Assembly: GCA_050250895.1 (NCBI GenBank) | Contig: JBFWNU010000007.1 | Span: forward strand, 64,001 to 128,000 | Direction: 5' to 3' | Length of the DNA stretch: 64,000 nucleotides | Source: Vulcanimicrobiota bacterium | GTDB taxonomy: Bacteria > Vulcanimicrobiota > Xenobia > Xenobiales > JADMJV01 | Shown here: positions 36,679 through 49,095 of the stretch, one piece after another | Layout of the letters: the number at the start of each line of letters is the position of its first letter | Position numbering within the stretch: the stretch's first letter is position 1 | The notes under the pieces: model-generated | Databases searched by the model: none | What the model was told of the DNA's origin: nothing | What the model saw: the letters and a program-made list of their open reading frames with translations, nothing else | Made by a program: the position numbers and the translations under genes

Positions 36679-36936
36679 TAGAGGCGCCGCCGGCCAGTTG
36701 GTGCGCCCGTGGTTAGCGCCGTGCTCGGGCGAGTTTGCTCTTCCGTGCTTGAGAGCTTGAGAGTGGTCTCCATATTGATCGGGATCGGGCACCCACCGTG
36801 CCATCGCCGCTTTGTGCCCCGTTCGCGGGTTGCGCGCCGTACACTTCTGATCTCCGCGGTTTATTTCTCAGGCGCCCCACTGGCGAGGTCACCCAGTCGG
36901 CCGATTCGACCTGGTGCGCCCCTGGCCAACCCCACC

Positions 36937-36978
36937 AAAGAAAAGTGGGGCGGCCAGAATCGCTCCAGCCACCCCACT
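36937..36978 (-). terminator. Rho-independent terminator of katG
   Basis: Minus strand AGTGGGGTGGCTGGA-GCGAT-TCTGGCCGCCCCACT followed by TTTCTTT. Confidence 0.75.
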
Positions 36979-37005
36979 ACCGTCTAACGACTACCGTCTG
37001 ACTGA

Positions 37006-40144
<3,139 letters not shown>

Positions 40145-40145
40145 A

Positions 40146-40170
40146 CGAAAAAGCCCCCCTGCGAGGGCTT
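40146..40170 (-). terminator. Terminator after tRNA-Leu (possibly bidirectional)
   Basis: Minus strand AAGCCC-TCGCAGGG-GGGCTT followed by TTT. Confidence 0.6.
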
Positions 40171-40174
40171 GAAG

Positions 40175-40261
<87 letters not shown>

Positions 40262-40268
40262 GAGTGGT

Positions 40269-40682
40269 CTAGGGGCGGCCTTTCCCGCCGCCGCGCCCTC
40301 CGCGCTTGGCTTCCGTGTTGCGCTTGACGTCGAGCAGTCGCTCTTCGCTCTCGCGCTTCCACTTGCTCAGCATGTCCTCGAAGCCGGCCGGTTCTTTTTC
40401 TACAGGGCCCTTGCGTGGCCTGGGCGGGCGGGGGGGCGGCGGGGTCCCGCCAGCCACCTGTTTGATGGAAAGATCATACTTCCCTTTGTCGTTAAGGCTT
40501 AACACCCGCACCTGGACGGCCTGATTCTCGGCCACGAAGTTGCGGATGTCGGTGACATACTCGTCGGCGATTTCGGAGATGTGGACCAGTCCGGTCTGCC
40601 CGTCTGGAAGTTTGACAAAAGCCCCAAATTTGGTGACTCCGGTCACGGTACCTTCCACCACGGACCCTACCTCGACGGCCAT
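40269..40682 (-). CDS. S1 RNA-binding domain protein (YabR-like)
   Basis: 'EGTVTGVTKFGAFV.L...GLVHISE', 'DLSIK', C-terminal 'FEDMLSK...SEERL'; AGGAGG RBS. Confidence 0.92.
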   Translation of the reverse strand: MAVEVGSVVEGTVTGVTKFGAFVKLPDGQTGLVHISEIADEYVTDIRNFVAENQAVQVRVLSLNDKGKYDLSIKQVAGGTPPPPRPPRPRKGPVEKEPAGFEDMLSKWKRESEERLLDVKRNTEAKRGGRGGGKGRP

Positions 40683-40715
40683 CGACGCAATCCTCCTACA
40701 AGTTCACGCCGTCAA

Positions 40716-40745
40716 ATTATACTCTCGGCTTCAGAGGAGTGTCAA
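40716..40745 (-). promoter_or_regulatory. sigma70 promoter for the S1 gene and tRNA-Leu
   Basis: Minus strand TTGACA (40745-40740), 18 bp spacer, TATAAT (40721-40716). Confidence 0.8.
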
Positions 40746-41185
40746 TTGGAGGGCTTGGTTGCGGGCGTCGGTGCATCGAACATGCGGTCGAGCACCTGCT
40801 GCACCAGACCGGGGGCGTCCTCTTCGATGGGCTCGGGAATGACCGTCTCGTAGACGGTGCGCACCGGGGCCGAGGGAACCACCACGTAAGCCAGTTCGCC
40901 GGGCTTGATGAGACCGAGCTTGTCGCGGGCGATCTCTTCGACCCCTTCGTTGGTCTTGAGGTGGCGAACCAGGGCTCGCAACTGGCGGTTTTGCTCGGCC
41001 AGTTGGCGATTGTTTTCGCGGGACTGATGAAGCTCGGCCAGTTTTTCTTTGTACTCGACCTGGCGACCGCGGCAAAGCTGATAGAGCTGATAGCCGCTGG
41101 CTGCGATCACCAGCAAGAGGGCCAGGCTCATCAAAGAGCCGGCGATAAGGTTAGAGCGAGTTTCGTTCTCATCCGGTCTAGTCAT
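40742..41185 (-). CDS. ftsB: Septum formation initiator (FtsB/DivIC family)
   Basis: TM, coiled coil and 'VEEIARDKLGLIKPGE'; divIC-yabR gene order. Confidence 0.85.
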   Translation of the reverse strand: MTRPDENETRSNLIAGSLMSLALLLVIAASGYQLYQLCRGRQVEYKEKLAELHQSRENNRQLAEQNRQLRALVRHLKTNEGVEEIARDKLGLIKPGELAYVVVPSAPVRTVYETVIPEPIEEDAPGLVQQVLDRMFDAPTPATKPSN

Positions 41186-41367
41186 TGTTGAGATTTTTTC
41201 TAGCTCGAACGGATGCTCCCTGCCTGCTAGTGCAAGGGTTTCAGTCTGGTTTCAGTCCGGTCGAGTAGAGTGGAGACGGTGGCGAAGTTTGTTAAAAGAT
41301 TGTTAACCGTGTCCGAGAGTGCGACGGCTGGGATTAACGGTCCTGGTAGCCACTTCGAGGGGAGGAT

Positions 41368-41700
41368 GTGACGTTGCAAGCTGGTTTGATGAACGGCACC
41401 GACGATCACGAGAAGGCTCGCTGGGTTCGCTACGGTTGTGAGCACGCCATCGTGTGCGACGACCAGGCCGTGACGGGGCTCGACGTAAGCGTGGGCGGAA
41501 TGCGATTGCGGGCCAATTCAGCGTTCGAGGTCGACCAGCGCCTCACCCTGACGCGTCCCGACGCTGAAGAGCCGGTCGAAGTCGAGTGCCGGGTGGTCTG
41601 GACTGGCCCGAGCAACGGCGAGGTCACCGAAGTGGGGGTCGCCTATGTGGACACTCCCAGTCGGGTCAAGAAGTGGGTCTACTCACTCATTTTCGCTTAG
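41368..41700 (+). CDS. PilZ domain protein
   Basis: 'DVSVGGMRL' (DxSxxG), 'CRVVW', 'VGV.Y'; RxxxR motif degenerate. Start may be 41389. Confidence 0.7.
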   Translation: MTLQAGLMNGTDDHEKARWVRYGCEHAIVCDDQAVTGLDVSVGGMRLRANSAFEVDQRLTLTRPDAEEPVEVECRVVWTGPSNGEVTEVGVAYVDTPSRVKKWVYSLIFA

Positions 41701-41704
41701 GGCG

Positions 41705-42184
41705 TTAGTTCCAGTCCTCGAGGCGTAGATACCAGTGTCCTCCCAGGGCCTTGTGTATGATTTCATGGCCTACGTCTTCAGGCATTTCCAGGCTATATAG
41801 GTAGCTCTCGCGGCTAGCCGCCCGGTCGAGGGCGAACTCAGCCAGGCATATCTTGCCGTCCTGGTAGTCGAGGTTGAGCCACAACACTCGCGGTCGGTCG
41901 CCACCTAGAGCTGTCGTAATCTGGTCGAAGTCGGTCTGGGCCTGAGGGTCGAAGGGACCGACGGGGCCGGTGAAAAGGTTGCAGGTGGAAGGATGGGTGC
42001 TCTGGGAAAAATTGCCACGGTGGTAAGCCAGATTGCGACACCAATCCTGATTGCGATAAGCTCTGACCTCGAGTGACGCCAAGGTGGGAAAAAGGCCTTC
42101 GAGGTGCTGGATGCGTTCGGCATGGCTGGCCCCGGGGGCACAACCGACCAGACCGAGCAGCAAGGTGATTAACAGCCAGCGCAT
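41705..42184 (-). CDS. Hypothetical lipoprotein
   Basis: MRWLLITLLLGLVG-C lipobox. Confidence 0.7.
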   Translation of the reverse strand: MRWLLITLLLGLVGCAPGASHAERIQHLEGLFPTLASLEVRAYRNQDWCRNLAYHRGNFSQSTHPSTCNLFTGPVGPFDPQAQTDFDQITTALGGDRPRVLWLNLDYQDGKICLAEFALDRAASRESYLYSLEMPEDVGHEIIHKALGGHWYLRLEDWN

Positions 42185-42247
42185 CTTCGCTAGAAGTTCG
42201 CTCGGGAGTCGGAAGGGGCCTTTGACCGCCCCGAGGAACCACAGCCG

Positions 42248-42733
42248 ATGTTACGATGGCTTGCCGCTTTACTTGTATTGTGTTGTCTTCCGGCCGTGGC
42301 TGAACCCAAGAATTACGAGCAGTTGGGCTTCGAGATCGAACTCGCTCCGGGGTGGGTCGAGCGCGAGGTCAGCCTGGAAGAGGGTCTGGTTCTGGCCGCT
42401 GGCGACGGGGGGGCGGCGCTGGTCGTTCTCCCGGTCGAGGGTGAACTCGATCCGGCGGTCTTTGACGACGAGGCCGAGGTCGAGAAGCTGGCTGCCGAGT
42501 TTGCCGGGGGTCACGAAATCACCGAGAAGAAGAAGCTCGAACTGGCCGGTCGCAGAGCGCTGTCAGTCTCGTTTATCGACGCTCCCGAGGGCGAGCCGGC
42601 CGGGCGCGGCCTGGTGATCATCGTGGCCGGTCCCAGCATCTGGGTGATGTCTTCGTTTATGGAAGAGGGTCGCTACCAGGCTGTCCTGCCCGAAGTCGAA
42701 AAGATGCTGACCACCTTCAAGCCCACCCGTTAG
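42248..42733 (+). CDS. Secreted hypothetical protein (PsbP/DcrB-like fold suspected)
   Basis: Signal peptide; 'GFEIELAPGW', 'LAGRRA', C-terminal 'EKMLTTFK'. Confidence 0.65.
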   Translation: MLRWLAALLVLCCLPAVAEPKNYEQLGFEIELAPGWVEREVSLEEGLVLAAGDGGAALVVLPVEGELDPAVFDDEAEVEKLAAEFAGGHEITEKKKLELAGRRALSVSFIDAPEGEPAGRGLVIIVAGPSIWVMSSFMEEGRYQAVLPEVEKMLTTFKPTR

Positions 42734-42790
42734 TGGAGAAGTTTACAACTCGTCTGCCTGGCCCGGTCGGGGCCGAGATACCATCGGTCC

Positions 42791-44002
42791 GTGCACATCC
42801 AAGCGCGGCAACCCTTCTGGCAAGCTTGTCAGGCCCGTCCGAGCCTTCGCTCGACCTCATCGCGAGATAGCTTCCGGCCATCCGAGGCGGGCTCTGGCCC
42901 CATCTACACGCCGAATCTGTTCCCGGTGGATCGCGACTACCGGGCCAAATTGCCGTTGCTCGAGCGCCTGACCTCTTTGGACAACATCGACCCGATCGCT
43001 CGCGAGACCATCTGCCGGGACCTGTCGGTCTTGCCGCGGTCTGTGTTAGCACTGCTGGCCGACGATGGCCTCAAGGTGGTGGCCGTGGCCCCGGGGCAAG
43101 AACTGGCCGACAGTGGCTACTTTACCGCACCCACACCCCAGGCTTATGGCCAGATGCTCGATCGGGGCCGCGGCTTGTTCGAGCAAGAAGTGGCCGCCGT
43201 CAAGGCCGAGCGAGCTCCCTCGGCTGATGACTCGGACTCTTTCGCCGTAGCCATGGCCGCCTACTGGTCGGTGCAAGAGCTAAGCGAGCGTCTGGGCAAG
43301 AGGTTTGCCGAAGAGAAGCTAGATTTCACCACGGTCCTCTGCCGTGAAGGTCGGTCGTTTCAAGAGTTGGCGGGTTCGAAAGCGGTCGAGTCTCCGCTCG
43401 AGCGCCAGGCTTTTCGCCAGGCCCTCGAGCGCCTCAACGGAGCCAACCTGACCATGGATGGCGACCGCTTGACCGCCGCCGAGGGGATTCTGGCGGTGCC
43501 GTATGTCTATCATAAGGGCCGCCCCATCCCGGAGTCCCTCCAGAAGCTCTCGCGCGTCAAGAACGCCAACTACGTCGAGGCGGCCCTGGGCATCCACAAC
43601 AGCGAGGAACGGGTCATCATTCTGCATTCGACCTATGTGGTCGACCCGGCCGAGGAGGTCGGGCATTATCGGGTGGCCATCCATGAGCTCGGCCACGCCA
43701 TCGACCATGCCCTCGAGCGGGCCCTGGGGCCTGAGCATCGCCAAGCCATCGATGGTTTCTTTGCCGAGGACAAGTTGGCCGGTCGCTTTCTCACCGAGCG
43801 GGCCTCGGATAATGTGCGCGAGTACTTTGCCGAGGCCATCGAGGCTTTCTTTACGCTGCCCCAGCCCGACGGTTTCGATGGTTACAAGACAGCCAACAAT
43901 CGGCTCGAACTCAAGCGCCAGCGACCCGAGTTATTCGCCTATCTCGAGCAGGCTTTCGCCAGGCTCTCAGACGGGCCAACGTCGCGTGAGGCAGTCGGAT
44001 AG
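42791..44002 (+). CDS. Anthrax lethal factor (ATLF)-like zinc metallopeptidase
   Basis: 'IHELGHAID' (HExxH), downstream 'REYFAEAIEAF' and 'ELKRQRPELFAYL'; no signal peptide. Confidence 0.75.
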   Translation: MHIQARQPFWQACQARPSLRSTSSRDSFRPSEAGSGPIYTPNLFPVDRDYRAKLPLLERLTSLDNIDPIARETICRDLSVLPRSVLALLADDGLKVVAVAPGQELADSGYFTAPTPQAYGQMLDRGRGLFEQEVAAVKAERAPSADDSDSFAVAMAAYWSVQELSERLGKRFAEEKLDFTTVLCREGRSFQELAGSKAVESPLERQAFRQALERLNGANLTMDGDRLTAAEGILAVPYVYHKGRPIPESLQKLSRVKNANYVEAALGIHNSEERVIILHSTYVVDPAEEVGHYRVAIHELGHAIDHALERALGPEHRQAIDGFFAEDKLAGRFLTERASDNVREYFAEAIEAFFTLPQPDGFDGYKTANNRLELKRQRPELFAYLEQAFARLSDGPTSREAVG

Positions 44003-45787
44003 AGCGTCGGCCGTCAAAGCCGCCGAGAAGAAATGACCCTGCGCGTATTCACAGCCCATCCCGGCCAGGGTGCGCGACTGCTGCAGGGTTTCGATTCCCT
44101 CGGCCAGGCAGGCGGTGCCCATGCTGGCGGCCAGCGCCATGACGGCCTGGGTGATGCCCAGAGCCTTGGACTCGTCGGGCACCCGTTCCACCACCGAACG
44201 GTCGATCTTTAGAAACTTGAGCGGCATCTCGGCTAACTGCTTGAGGGACGAGGCGCCTCGTCCGAAATCATCGAGAGCCAACAGCACCCCTCTGCCGTTG
44301 AGCCGATGCAGCGTCTCGAGCAGAGGGCCATCCTGAGCTGTTCCGAGGCCTTCGGGCACTTCCACCACCATCTGGCGAGGGGGAATGCCGGCTCGCTCGA
44401 TTTCGGCCATAAAGTGATCGACAAAACCGGAATGAAGCAGTTGTCTGGGGGACAGGTTAACCGACACGAATCCGCTCTGGAGCTGGGCTGCCATCTTGCA
44501 GGCCTGGCTGATGATCCAGTGGCCCAGGGGCACGATGAGGTTGGTCTCTTCGGCCAGCTCAAGAAAGCTCGCCGGTGAGAGCAGACCTCGCATGGGGTGG
44601 TTCCAGCGTAGCAGGGCTTCGGCCCCGGCCAGCCGGCCGTTGCGAAGCTGGATGATCGGCTGATAGTGCAGTTCGAACTCTGCGTCTTCGACGGCGTGTC
44701 GCAATTGCGCCGTCAGCGCCCGTCGATTTTCGAGCTGGTCGCGCAGGTCATGGGTGAAGAACCGGAAGGTGCCACCCCCCTCGCGCTTGGCTTCGAAGAG
44801 CGCGGCCGAAGCCTGGTGCAGCATGTCGTCGACATCGGTGGTGCCAGGAAAGAGGCTGATGCCGATGCTGGCGCTGATGTGTAGCGGTTGGCCATAGACC
44901 GGCAGCGAGGCGTTGAGGGCGTTGAGCGCCCGGCGGCAGAAGTCCTCGGCTCGTTCGCGCACCATGTCCAGGCTGGGTCGGGCTCCCAGGGCCGAAGCGC
45001 TCAACACCACCAGGAAGGAATCGCCAGTCTGGTGAGCCAGGGTGTCCTGGTCGCCGATCTCGTTCTTGAGGCGTTGGGCCACCTGACGGATCAACTCGTC
45101 GCCCGAGTCTTTGCCCAGCACATCGTTGATCACGCGGAAGCGATCGATGTCCAGCAATATTAAGGCTACCGAGCCTTTGGTATCACAGGCCTGTTTGAGC
45201 GAAACTCCTAGATAGTGGCGCAAGATGACCAGGTTGGGCAGCCCGGTCAGGGCATCCTCATAGGCGAGCTGACGGGTCTGCTCGTCAATGGTGTGATGGA
45301 CCGTCTCTTGATAGAGCTGCTCGAAGTGGCGGGCCCGAGCTTCATACTCGGCCAGGCGCTCGTAAGCTTGTCGATTCTTCTCGGCCAGACGCAGTTCGCG
45401 TTGGCGCAGTCTCTCGACTTCGCCCTCGGCAATGCGAGTGCGCACTTCAGCCTCTTGCAGCCGCCGCTCGAGCAGATCGGGATCGCGCTCGAACCAGAAG
45501 ATTCGTGCCGGTTGGTCGTTCCAGCTGCCTTCGTGAGTGTGGACCATCAGGCTGCGGCGGCGACCGTTGTTGGCGTCGAGCACCAGTTCACGCTGGTCGG
45601 GGTCCAGTTTGATCGGGCGCCCGATCATCTCGGCGAGCGGTCGCCCGAAGAGTTCGCTAGCGGCTGAGTTTGCGCTTAGGACGGTGTTGTGGAGGTCGAC
45701 CACCAATCCCGCGCATGGTGAACTCTCGAGCATCTCATCGAACACGGGATCTCTTTCGGCGCGTGCCGTCGTCTTCCCCCGATGCAT
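43967..45787 (-). CDS. PAS + degenerate GGDEF + EAL c-di-GMP phosphodiesterase
   Basis: Start MHRGKTT (45787) lies 2 nt after the upstream stop; 'DALTGLPN', GGDEF replaced by TGDSF, 'AEALLRW', 'DDFGRG', 'KIDRS', 'EGIET', 'QG'. Confidence 0.9.
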   Translation of the reverse strand: MHRGKTTARAERDPVFDEMLESSPCAGLVVDLHNTVLSANSAASELFGRPLAEMIGRPIKLDPDQRELVLDANNGRRRSLMVHTHEGSWNDQPARIFWFERDPDLLERRLQEAEVRTRIAEGEVERLRQRELRLAEKNRQAYERLAEYEARARHFEQLYQETVHHTIDEQTRQLAYEDALTGLPNLVILRHYLGVSLKQACDTKGSVALILLDIDRFRVINDVLGKDSGDELIRQVAQRLKNEIGDQDTLAHQTGDSFLVVLSASALGARPSLDMVRERAEDFCRRALNALNASLPVYGQPLHISASIGISLFPGTTDVDDMLHQASAALFEAKREGGGTFRFFTHDLRDQLENRRALTAQLRHAVEDAEFELHYQPIIQLRNGRLAGAEALLRWNHPMRGLLSPASFLELAEETNLIVPLGHWIISQACKMAAQLQSGFVSVNLSPRQLLHSGFVDHFMAEIERAGIPPRQMVVEVPEGLGTAQDGPLLETLHRLNGRGVLLALDDFGRGASSLKQLAEMPLKFLKIDRSVVERVPDESKALGITQAVMALAASMGTACLAEGIETLQQSRTLAGMGCEYAQGHFFSAALTADALSDCLTRRWPV

Positions 45788-45789
45788 CC

Positions 45790-47052
45790 TCAGCCGAAAA
45801 GGCTCAACTGGTGGGATCTGAATTCGCGACCGACCAGCAGCCGAACCTCCGGCCCGTCGACCCGCACAAATCCCAGCGTTTTTTCCAACCAGCCAAACCA
45901 GCGAAGGAGGGTCTGACAGCGTCGCCTGGCGGTGGACAAAGACAGCTGGGCAACCCGCTGAACCAGGCTCACCATCTCGTCGCGATGCAGGCTTTTGCTG
46001 GGCGAGAGCAGCATCTCGACCACCAGTTGGCGCATGATGTCGAGCTCGAGCAGGCTGCGACAGAGCAGTTCGTGGCGAGCCTCCACCGGCAGGGTGACGA
46101 ACAGCCGGCCCCGGTCGCTGAGCTCGAAGGCCCGCTCGAATAGACCCAGCATCTCGGCCGCGTCGCGATAGTAGGCGCTCTGGCGCGGTGAAAAGTCGAG
46201 GGCCGCCGCCAGCGCCTCGTGACAGGCGTGGCCTTGCGCCACCAGAAAGGGCAGCACGGCCACTTTCTCGAGATCGTCGGCTTGAGGAATGCGGCCGGGT
46301 GTGGTGGTCGGCAGGTCCATCAGGCGACCGGGCCGGGCCACCAACCGATAGGCGGCGGCCCGCACCAGTATCGGACTTCGGTAGACCTCGGGGGGCTCGA
46401 AGCGATACTCGCGCAGTCGATAGACGGCCTGCTCGGGGCAATAGGTGAAGAAAACGCATCGCACCGGCTTGTCGGTCAGCTGGCTCCAGAATCGAAAGGG
46501 ATAGTAGAGCTGGCGGATGTGGAAGTCGTCAGGCTCGCCCAGTTTGGCTTCGAACACAGCCACCATCTGAGGGCCTTCATAGCCGGCATCGACTTCGACC
46601 TGGACGCCCTCGACCGTGAGTTGCACCCCCGTCACCGTCACCTCGAAACGCGGTGACCGCTTGCGCCCTCGGATGGTGGGATAGAGGGTGGGCTGGTCGA
46701 GAAAATGCGAGAGGATACCTGAGTTGTAGGCAAGATCCAGATACTGCATCTCGGATTGGCCTCGCTCGCTGGTCTTCAAAGCGAACTCGGCACGCGAGGC
46801 AAAGTCGATGGGTGGCGGGCACGGCTCGAGGCGATGATAGCCCTGGCCCGACAGCACGACATAGTGCCCGTTTCGGACCGGTAACAGAAATAGGCCCTGG
46901 CGGGCCAACGCTTCGGGAAGCTGGCTGGAGTGGTCGAACTTGGCCATGAGTCGCGGCTCGAGACCTGTGCGAGTTTTGATTTCGGCCGCACTTAGGAAGA
47001 GCGGTGGCGGACCGGCCAGCAATTCTTGCCAGGCCTCGGCAATGGCGCTCAC
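45790..47052 (-). CDS. Putative type II restriction endonuclease-like protein (PD-(D/E)xK)
   Basis: 'EPRLMAKFDH', 'QVEVDAGYEG...FEAK', 'IRQLYYP', 'PQADD' and a C-terminal HTH-like region; GTGA-coupled to the methyltransferase. Confidence 0.7.
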   Translation of the reverse strand: MSAIAEAWQELLAGPPPLFLSAAEIKTRTGLEPRLMAKFDHSSQLPEALARQGLFLLPVRNGHYVVLSGQGYHRLEPCPPPIDFASRAEFALKTSERGQSEMQYLDLAYNSGILSHFLDQPTLYPTIRGRKRSPRFEVTVTGVQLTVEGVQVEVDAGYEGPQMVAVFEAKLGEPDDFHIRQLYYPFRFWSQLTDKPVRCVFFTYCPEQAVYRLREYRFEPPEVYRSPILVRAAAYRLVARPGRLMDLPTTTPGRIPQADDLEKVAVLPFLVAQGHACHEALAAALDFSPRQSAYYRDAAEMLGLFERAFELSDRGRLFVTLPVEARHELLCRSLLELDIMRQLVVEMLLSPSKSLHRDEMVSLVQRVAQLSLSTARRRCQTLLRWFGWLEKTLGFVRVDGPEVRLLVGREFRSHQLSLFG

Positions 47053-47891
47053 GGCGCCACGATGAGCAACTCTTTGATCTTGTTGCGGCGACTGGCCTTG
47101 CTGTTGATGAAGCGGTGGGCCTGCACCTCGATCTGGCGAAAGTCGCGATACAGTTCGCGAATCAGCGGAGCGCTCGAGTTGGACAGCATCACCGACACGC
47201 CCCGCTGGGCAAGTTTGGCGAAGACCTCAGCCAGGCGTCGCTGCTCGGCCTCGCCGAAATTGTCTTTGGTGTAACTGGTGAAGTTGGAGGTGGCCGAGAG
47301 GGGCTGGTAGGGCGGGTCGAAATAGACGAGATCCCCCGGGCGAGCCCGTCGCATGACTCGGTCGAACGGTTCAACCTCGAGTTTGACCCCCTGCAGGGCA
47401 AGACTGGCCGCCTCGAGGCGGCCGGGATCGAAAATGGCCGGCTTTTTGTAGCGGCCCATCGGCACATTGAAAAGACCTCGGGAGTTGACCCGGTACAGCC
47501 CGTTGTAACATGTCTTGTTGAGATAGAACAACCGGGCCGCTCGCGCGGTCGGGGTGAGGCTTTCGGGATCGAGGGCGCGGGTGGCGTAGTAATAGTCGTG
47601 GCCGTGCCGGGCGCGATGCTCGGCCAGATGCTCGAGCAACCCCTCGAGATCGGACTGCAGGGCTCGATAGAAGTTGATCAGCTCGAAGTTGACATCGCTG
47701 AGAACCGCTCGGCCTGTGGCCTGCCGTCGCAGATGGAAAAAGACGGCCGCACTGCCCACGAAGGGCTCGTAGTAGTGCTTGAATTCGGCGGGAAAATACG
47801 GCTCGTACTGAGCCAGGAGACGGCCTTTGCCGCCGGCCCACTTGAGCACCGGTCCGTATACTTGATGATCTTGAATCGTGGAAGCGCCCAT
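47049..47891 (-). CDS. dam: Dam-family (D12 class) N6-adenine DNA methyltransferase
   Basis: 'LKWAGGK', 'EPFVGSAAV', 'YLNKTCYNGLYRVN..G.FNVP.G', 'YFDPPY'. Confidence 0.9.
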   Translation of the reverse strand: MGASTIQDHQVYGPVLKWAGGKGRLLAQYEPYFPAEFKHYYEPFVGSAAVFFHLRRQATGRAVLSDVNFELINFYRALQSDLEGLLEHLAEHRARHGHDYYYATRALDPESLTPTARAARLFYLNKTCYNGLYRVNSRGLFNVPMGRYKKPAIFDPGRLEAASLALQGVKLEVEPFDRVMRRARPGDLVYFDPPYQPLSATSNFTSYTKDNFGEAEQRRLAEVFAKLAQRGVSVMLSNSSAPLIRELYRDFRQIEVQAHRFINSKASRRNKIKELLIVAP

Positions 47892-47950
47892 GGTGAAGAT
47901 TTTTCATTATTCCGAACCGGCGGGCGCGGTTCCTTTCGATAGTATGTTCG

Positions 47951-49015
47951 CTATTCCAATCTTACCTTCACCGACGCCCTGGCTCCTTTGCGAAGATATT
48001 CGACCGTGACCACCTCGCCCACTTTTGAAGCGTCGAGCGCCCGAAAAAGATCGTTGCTGGTCTGGATACGCTGGCCGTTGAGACCGACGATGATGTCTCC
48101 GAGATAGAGGCGGCCCAACTGGTCGCGGGCGCTGCCGCGCAGGCCGGCTTGAGCCGCCGGTCCGCCCTTTTTGACCTGGAGGATCAACACGCCGGGAAGG
48201 CGCAGGCGACGGGCCATCCCATCCGCGGCCGTCTCGATTCCGAGACCGGCCTTTTGCACCTTGCCATTGACCAGGATTTCGGGAACCAGCCGCTTGACGG
48301 TGTCCACGGGGACGGCAAACCCGATACCGGCATAGGCTCCTGAAGGCGAATAGATCGAGGTGTTGATGCCGATCAGCCGGCCCCGAGAGTCGAGCAGGGG
48401 CCCCCCCGAGTTGCCGGGATTGATCGCGGCGTCAGTTTGAATCACGCCGGTAATGGGGCGGCGTGTCACCGACTCGATCTCGCGGTCGACGCCGCTGATA
48501 ATGCCGGTGGTCAGGGTATGGTCGAAGCCGAACGGATTACCGATGGCCAGCACCTTCTGGCCCACCCGCAGGTTGTCCGAGACGCCCACCTGGATGGGAC
48601 TGAGTTTGTCGGGCGGGGCATCGATGTGCAGCACGGCCAGGTCTTTATCCGGCTCGAATCCGATCGGTCGGGCCTTCCACACCGACCGGTCGGCCAGCGT
48701 CACCTCGACGGCTTGAGCCCCGCGCACCACGTGGAAGTTGGTCACGATCGTGCCTTTGTTGTCCCACACAAACCCAGAACCCGTCCCCTGGGGAATCTTG
48801 GTGACATCCAGGCTAAACGGAGTGCGGCCGACGGCGAGGTTGGTCACGTAGACGACGGACGAAGAGCATCGTTCGAACACCTCGATCGAGTTGTTTTCGT
48901 CACTGGTGAAACTGGGGCTGTTGGCATCGGCTCGGGCTGGCTGGGGCGGAGTTGGCTGGGAGCAACCCATCAGCCAGATCAGGCTCAGAGCCAGAACGGT
49001 GTGCAAGGCTTTCAT
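47951..49015 (-). CDS. HtrA/DegP-family trypsin-like serine protease with PDZ domain (lipoprotein)
   Basis: LMG-C lipobox; catalytic 'TNFHV', 'DLAVL', 'GNSGGP'; one PDZ domain. Confidence 0.93.
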   Translation of the reverse strand: MKALHTVLALSLIWLMGCSQPTPPQPARADANSPSFTSDENNSIEVFERCSSSVVYVTNLAVGRTPFSLDVTKIPQGTGSGFVWDNKGTIVTNFHVVRGAQAVEVTLADRSVWKARPIGFEPDKDLAVLHIDAPPDKLSPIQVGVSDNLRVGQKVLAIGNPFGFDHTLTTGIISGVDREIESVTRRPITGVIQTDAAINPGNSGGPLLDSRGRLIGINTSIYSPSGAYAGIGFAVPVDTVKRLVPEILVNGKVQKAGLGIETAADGMARRLRLPGVLILQVKKGGPAAQAGLRGSARDQLGRLYLGDIIVGLNGQRIQTSNDLFRALDASKVGEVVTVEYLRKGARASVKVRLE

Positions 49016-49095
49016 AGCGCCCTCCCTTTTACCCGGGCCGGCTCTTACCCTGGCCCGGGGAGGAGTTTTGCAGTTGGCTTACAGAATCAGGCGCG

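Noticed and set aside
36181-37005. att-site duplication of the tRNA-Leu 3' end bounding an island
   Set aside because: Only 7-nt matches (TGGTGCG) were found, and there is no integrase in the window.
45788-46459. 830-aa version of the EAL protein
   Set aside because: The extra 224 codons overlap the nuclease gene in another frame and are low-complexity; the ATG at 45787 right after the upstream stop is more plausible.
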